Source: an uncultured bacterium (GTDB lineage Bacteria; Omnitrophota; Omnitrophia; Omnitrophales; Aquincolibacteriaceae). From it: 35,881 nucleotides of DNA. This document shows, one piece after another, positions 35,201-35,881 of the stretch. Every line of letters begins with the position of its first letter. The stretch's first letter is position 1. The stretch is taken from NCBI GenBank assembly GCA_964349955.1, contig CAYGIT010000003.1, positions 1 through 35,881 of the forward strand, given 5' to 3'. Below the pieces are notes generated by a model, which was not told where the DNA came from, ran no database searches, and was given only the letters and a program-made list of their open reading frames with translations. A program made the position numbers and the translations under genes.

Positions 35201-35881
35201 TCTGTGGGATTTGCCGCTCTTGCCGGGCCGGGAGGATTGTATGCTGGCATAATCGGAGTCGGAGCCTTATTTATAGGAGGCCTCATAATGAGGTACTTTG
35301 TTCAGAACCGCCGTCCCGGGGTCAATGTCTCCACAACCGATTCAGTCATTGAAATAGGAACCGGAAATCCTAATGGAAGGGTTACTCTTCAGCCCGGAGA
35401 ATCTCAAGTTTACAGAACTGCAGACGGCGTAACATTCCGGGTACGGCGCGGTCCTGCAACCGGTACCGATGCCGGGCAATACTTTCTTGAAGTTGTCCGC
35501 GAAAATACAATAACGGGTTCGTATGATGTAATCACTAGCACACGCGTTACCCAACCAACTCTCAACCTGGTAACAAACCGTTTGGTAATCCGGACTACCG
35601 GTCAAAACCCGGGAGTTTATATAGGCGGCACAAAAGTGGCAGAGCTGCCGGCAGAAGGTTCCACAATAACGGTTCCCAGCCCTGAAGGCTCCGGAACAGC
35701 CACATTTCAAATCCGTCGCAATAACGGCAGTTATTCCATGATTCAAAATAATGTAGAAACTCGTGTGAATGCCAACGCTCCCACAGTAATCTATGGAACC
35801 CGTGTCGCTCAAATTCGTATCAATCTCCTTACCGGCGAAGTCACTAATGAGAGTGGCCCGGGGGCCGCTCCGTCACTACCC
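29276..35881 (+). CDS. Giant secreted/membrane-anchored protein of unknown function, 3'-truncated by the window edge (at least 2,202 aa)
   Basis: ATG 29276 has GAGGA 6 nt upstream and an in-frame TGA at 29273-29275. The frame stays open to base 35881 (6,606 nt). The track does not list it because no stop occurs in the window. The N-terminus MASKLVSLFLAIAMIMEPMVPLYAC looks like a signal peptide. The ORF also has Thr/Pro/Ser linkers and a hydrophobic anchor at 35186-35290. Confidence 0.85.
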   Translation, partial: MASKLVSLFLAIAMIMEPMVPLYACPPGFTCIGSGAGELVNAPIGTTTTTTTDGNGTTTTTTTTTSTSSLPPSISATNPLSSPSPLPTPSATSAPSSSPSPGTTTNSFPANFTIIYNGTNSDYPDLRQRFSTALGFDSSTRVAIMLNTTEPMVHNALYFEIHDLNNPSGPIQNRGMISILSNAAAMLTLPFSAFPYYFMPTLIIEPRTWGLVAEYLPPSIVKSAPTTPPSTPTPASTPSTTGPTPEPVESVVQYFSPVAFSIAATPETPEPSATPAIDPTPTPSTEPSTTPTTDPSTTPSTEPSTTPSTEPSTTPSTEPSTTPSESPAESPAPSPSSSTVPDPLPSPSDDESPSPEDEEEPTDSPTPPTQSAEIVLNAWIPQEMTNFFQSNELAVVRAIANQPLNSLSLNCQPDCGLAFRNTTTNNFFSAFVALSDQDSIDLTTAEFVGSTARMSSGIVLTAGTSDPVTIKTLTIDRDDNGQITAIHFLDEDEISKLTLRYPQEVLSTAQVDPMSSDNSIYIFNSVPNFNPGDLKFLTSQTNTETPGPVKITLENGEIPGSAETQWISFYTANEDQYRILIPNGPPGTLTQDVALSSAQMGMMQMETNEFDPITGSSLSLGPAPLDTLRIVRDATGNIVSISFKSNGYSLLKVTVLPVTAPEVNENDNISDISFASIENQDEVSEEDWNEFGIVESDENPFSEEPSLDDPDLESIPDAAKAQMQSVLNSLSFVLQVAIVTGQVDQGTFGMRQSVNQIIESNNLLNYPQFRNAYQSIMQRILRFSNSARYVENLPDPAMNLPEDLPESYRQLLTDFMSANEPGNPDLGPSENFLSAIQEEQGRIAQLATDRDALFVRALTDPAALDQWNNQPVSIAGRNYSSHAMAYLAEIARSQRRISFLKQAFRRVIAPRMAAAITAVQNDRLAAPQSATGSQDFREGFLREINYYATNLGIGTEAAMRANLDALRLQATNAIRIAEGLGQPIQINEQTFVLNLIDLLRSVNPLPISAPAAEVTVNIQGSDSQTRAGTLLMNPLPTISDLPSGIVRSANPITAGAGGRFQASNYSLGWSVDNNNQKLTVIETRIWQESGQEWREVKNSAGDFRRMRGIVTPVTASARDWKISEVQYANGSIVRGDPPAYDRIPVSLRDAMTAIVNIPGEPGEMRIVQFSAPLQDGTILNFVNPYLMEQRQGNQVLGWQLNLTSLQTLSQYSPANRMAQARLIAQNILSGNNNQILNALIAFTMGLGRYNLEKNTNAEFDFSEAIAQFLFDLTGPMAGDAYQISRQSIALNTTGNLIFKIQNDNKLNMMATYVDSNGAIVRQIPAYFGLRSDYPGMNNGTPAYNGTDMARSAYGLLVMQGNTAGAQTTNNAANNPANLIREYKDDGSMNLWVTDATPLTTMVLNDRYRTLVSRSILGSDGQVGDWNLSVARLVRISHTSVSTGVPSYLGVIGQSLSANWIPLSSFGLETDRALPNIASMGLQGIGVGWNFLFSTARSGSRLMAAEVFSQLGVDLGVENQLSAISNEIEAVIALGQIEGLVTNSTTPPREQIMQQLSRGNIPTFMQGDFARAKAIPGATAILDYMVRLRREANTPRDNRAGVAPGTRDAIINAPITEAQRAFELVKWRIPGELSNLRASAGYDVLTNAAMGFLANANNKLAEEAAALIVLHGLGAVAAAAARVPATVEAAAAARAVSGITSITRANAITGTIRVASAAVNTSMLPGIAASLPLHLVETLHALGEGNYVNFSDAAAGLAMDSFFAFTMVHGLVQGFTGGSPHGTGPIDAVLQRGANNLIDIAQGWRPGTAAALAPYLVAIPRIRDANNRQTLIEQSSLLDPIRLEIDRLLSRQAAGTLTPNERIRLGFLRLQQENILGGMRTLISLDYIESSRSQLLNGRDQSALSEAERATFDQLQAESRRLNQEIDSLYRELSRSLVERAPNAIDLTPEVNVTRANIPTARGATTLYEGGSLILASVGFAALAGPGGLYAGIIGVGALFIGGLIMRYFVQNRRPGVNVSTTDSVIEIGTGNPNGRVTLQPGESQVYRTADGVTFRVRRGPATGTDAGQYFLEVVRENTITGSYDVITSTRVTQPTLNLVTNRLVIRTTGQNPGVYIGGTKVAELPAEGSTITVPSPEGSGTATFQIRRNNGSYSMIQNNVETRVNANAPTVIYGTRVAQIRINLLTGEVTNESGPGAAPSLP
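30122..30241 (+). repeat. In-frame 24-nt tandem repeat x5 encoding P(S/T)T(E/D)PSTT
   Basis: The units start at 30122, 30146, 30170, 30194 and 30218, with a degenerate sixth unit after 30242. They lie in the second Pro/Thr/Ser linker of the giant ORF. Confidence 0.85.
35186..35290 (+). other. Hydrophobic membrane-anchor segment of the giant protein (aa 1971-2005)
   Basis: The segment SLILASVGFAALAGPGGLYAGIIGVGALFIGGLIM is followed by the basic stretch RYFVQNRRPG. Confidence 0.65.

Noticed and set aside
35330-35881. Calling the C-terminal modules of the giant protein bona fide FHA domains.
   Set aside because: Only a loose order of beta-strand-like motifs matches. The diagnostic GR, SxxH and NG residues are not evident. 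It is kept only as a hypothesis in the findings.

Overview
This is a bacterial chromosomal window that is almost entirely coding, with diderm-type gene content (Mla system, lipoprotein amidase).

**Left third (213-9723, minus strand).** This block is centred on translation. It holds rarA and the classical thrS-infC-rpmI-rplT-pheS-pheT cluster. Upstream of that cluster sit a YbiT-like ABC-F ATPase, a YbcJ-like S4 RNA-binding protein and an unlisted 29-codon hyper-basic sORF.

**Middle.**
- A 600-bp repeat-dense non-coding island lies at 9.72-10.33 kb, followed by a DUF378 membrane protein.
- cdaA (c-di-AMP synthase) directly abuts mlaE-mlaF-mlaD.
- A minus-strand Rrf2-sbp-cysT-cysW-cysA sulfate-uptake operon is extended by a thioredoxin-fold protein and an ArsB/NhaD-type permease.
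- A small cluster of poorly characterised genes follows: a 72-aa ORF, DUF971, a GATase1-like protein and KTSC.
- Next come a LysM-amidase lipoprotein, a fused transaldolase/glucose-6-phosphate isomerase, an alpha-glucan phosphorylase and a cold-shock protein.

**Right end.** An AbrB-type/RelE-like toxin-antitoxin pair sits divergent to a giant + strand ORF. This ORF is open from 29276 to the last base of the window (2,202 codons, no stop) and is absent from the supplied ORF track. It encodes a signal peptide, Thr/Pro/Ser-rich linkers with a 24-nt tandem repeat, about 1,500 aa that I cannot assign to any family, a coiled-coil-like segment, a membrane anchor and two beta-rich modules. It is the most interesting object in the window.

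**Repeats.** At least four families of short palindromic (REP/MITE-like) hairpin elements occupy intergenic regions. One copy is inserted in-frame in the Tal-Pgi linker.

**Not seen.** I recognised no rRNA, tRNA, CRISPR array, transposase or integrase.

All homology statements are from reading the translations by eye. No searches were run.
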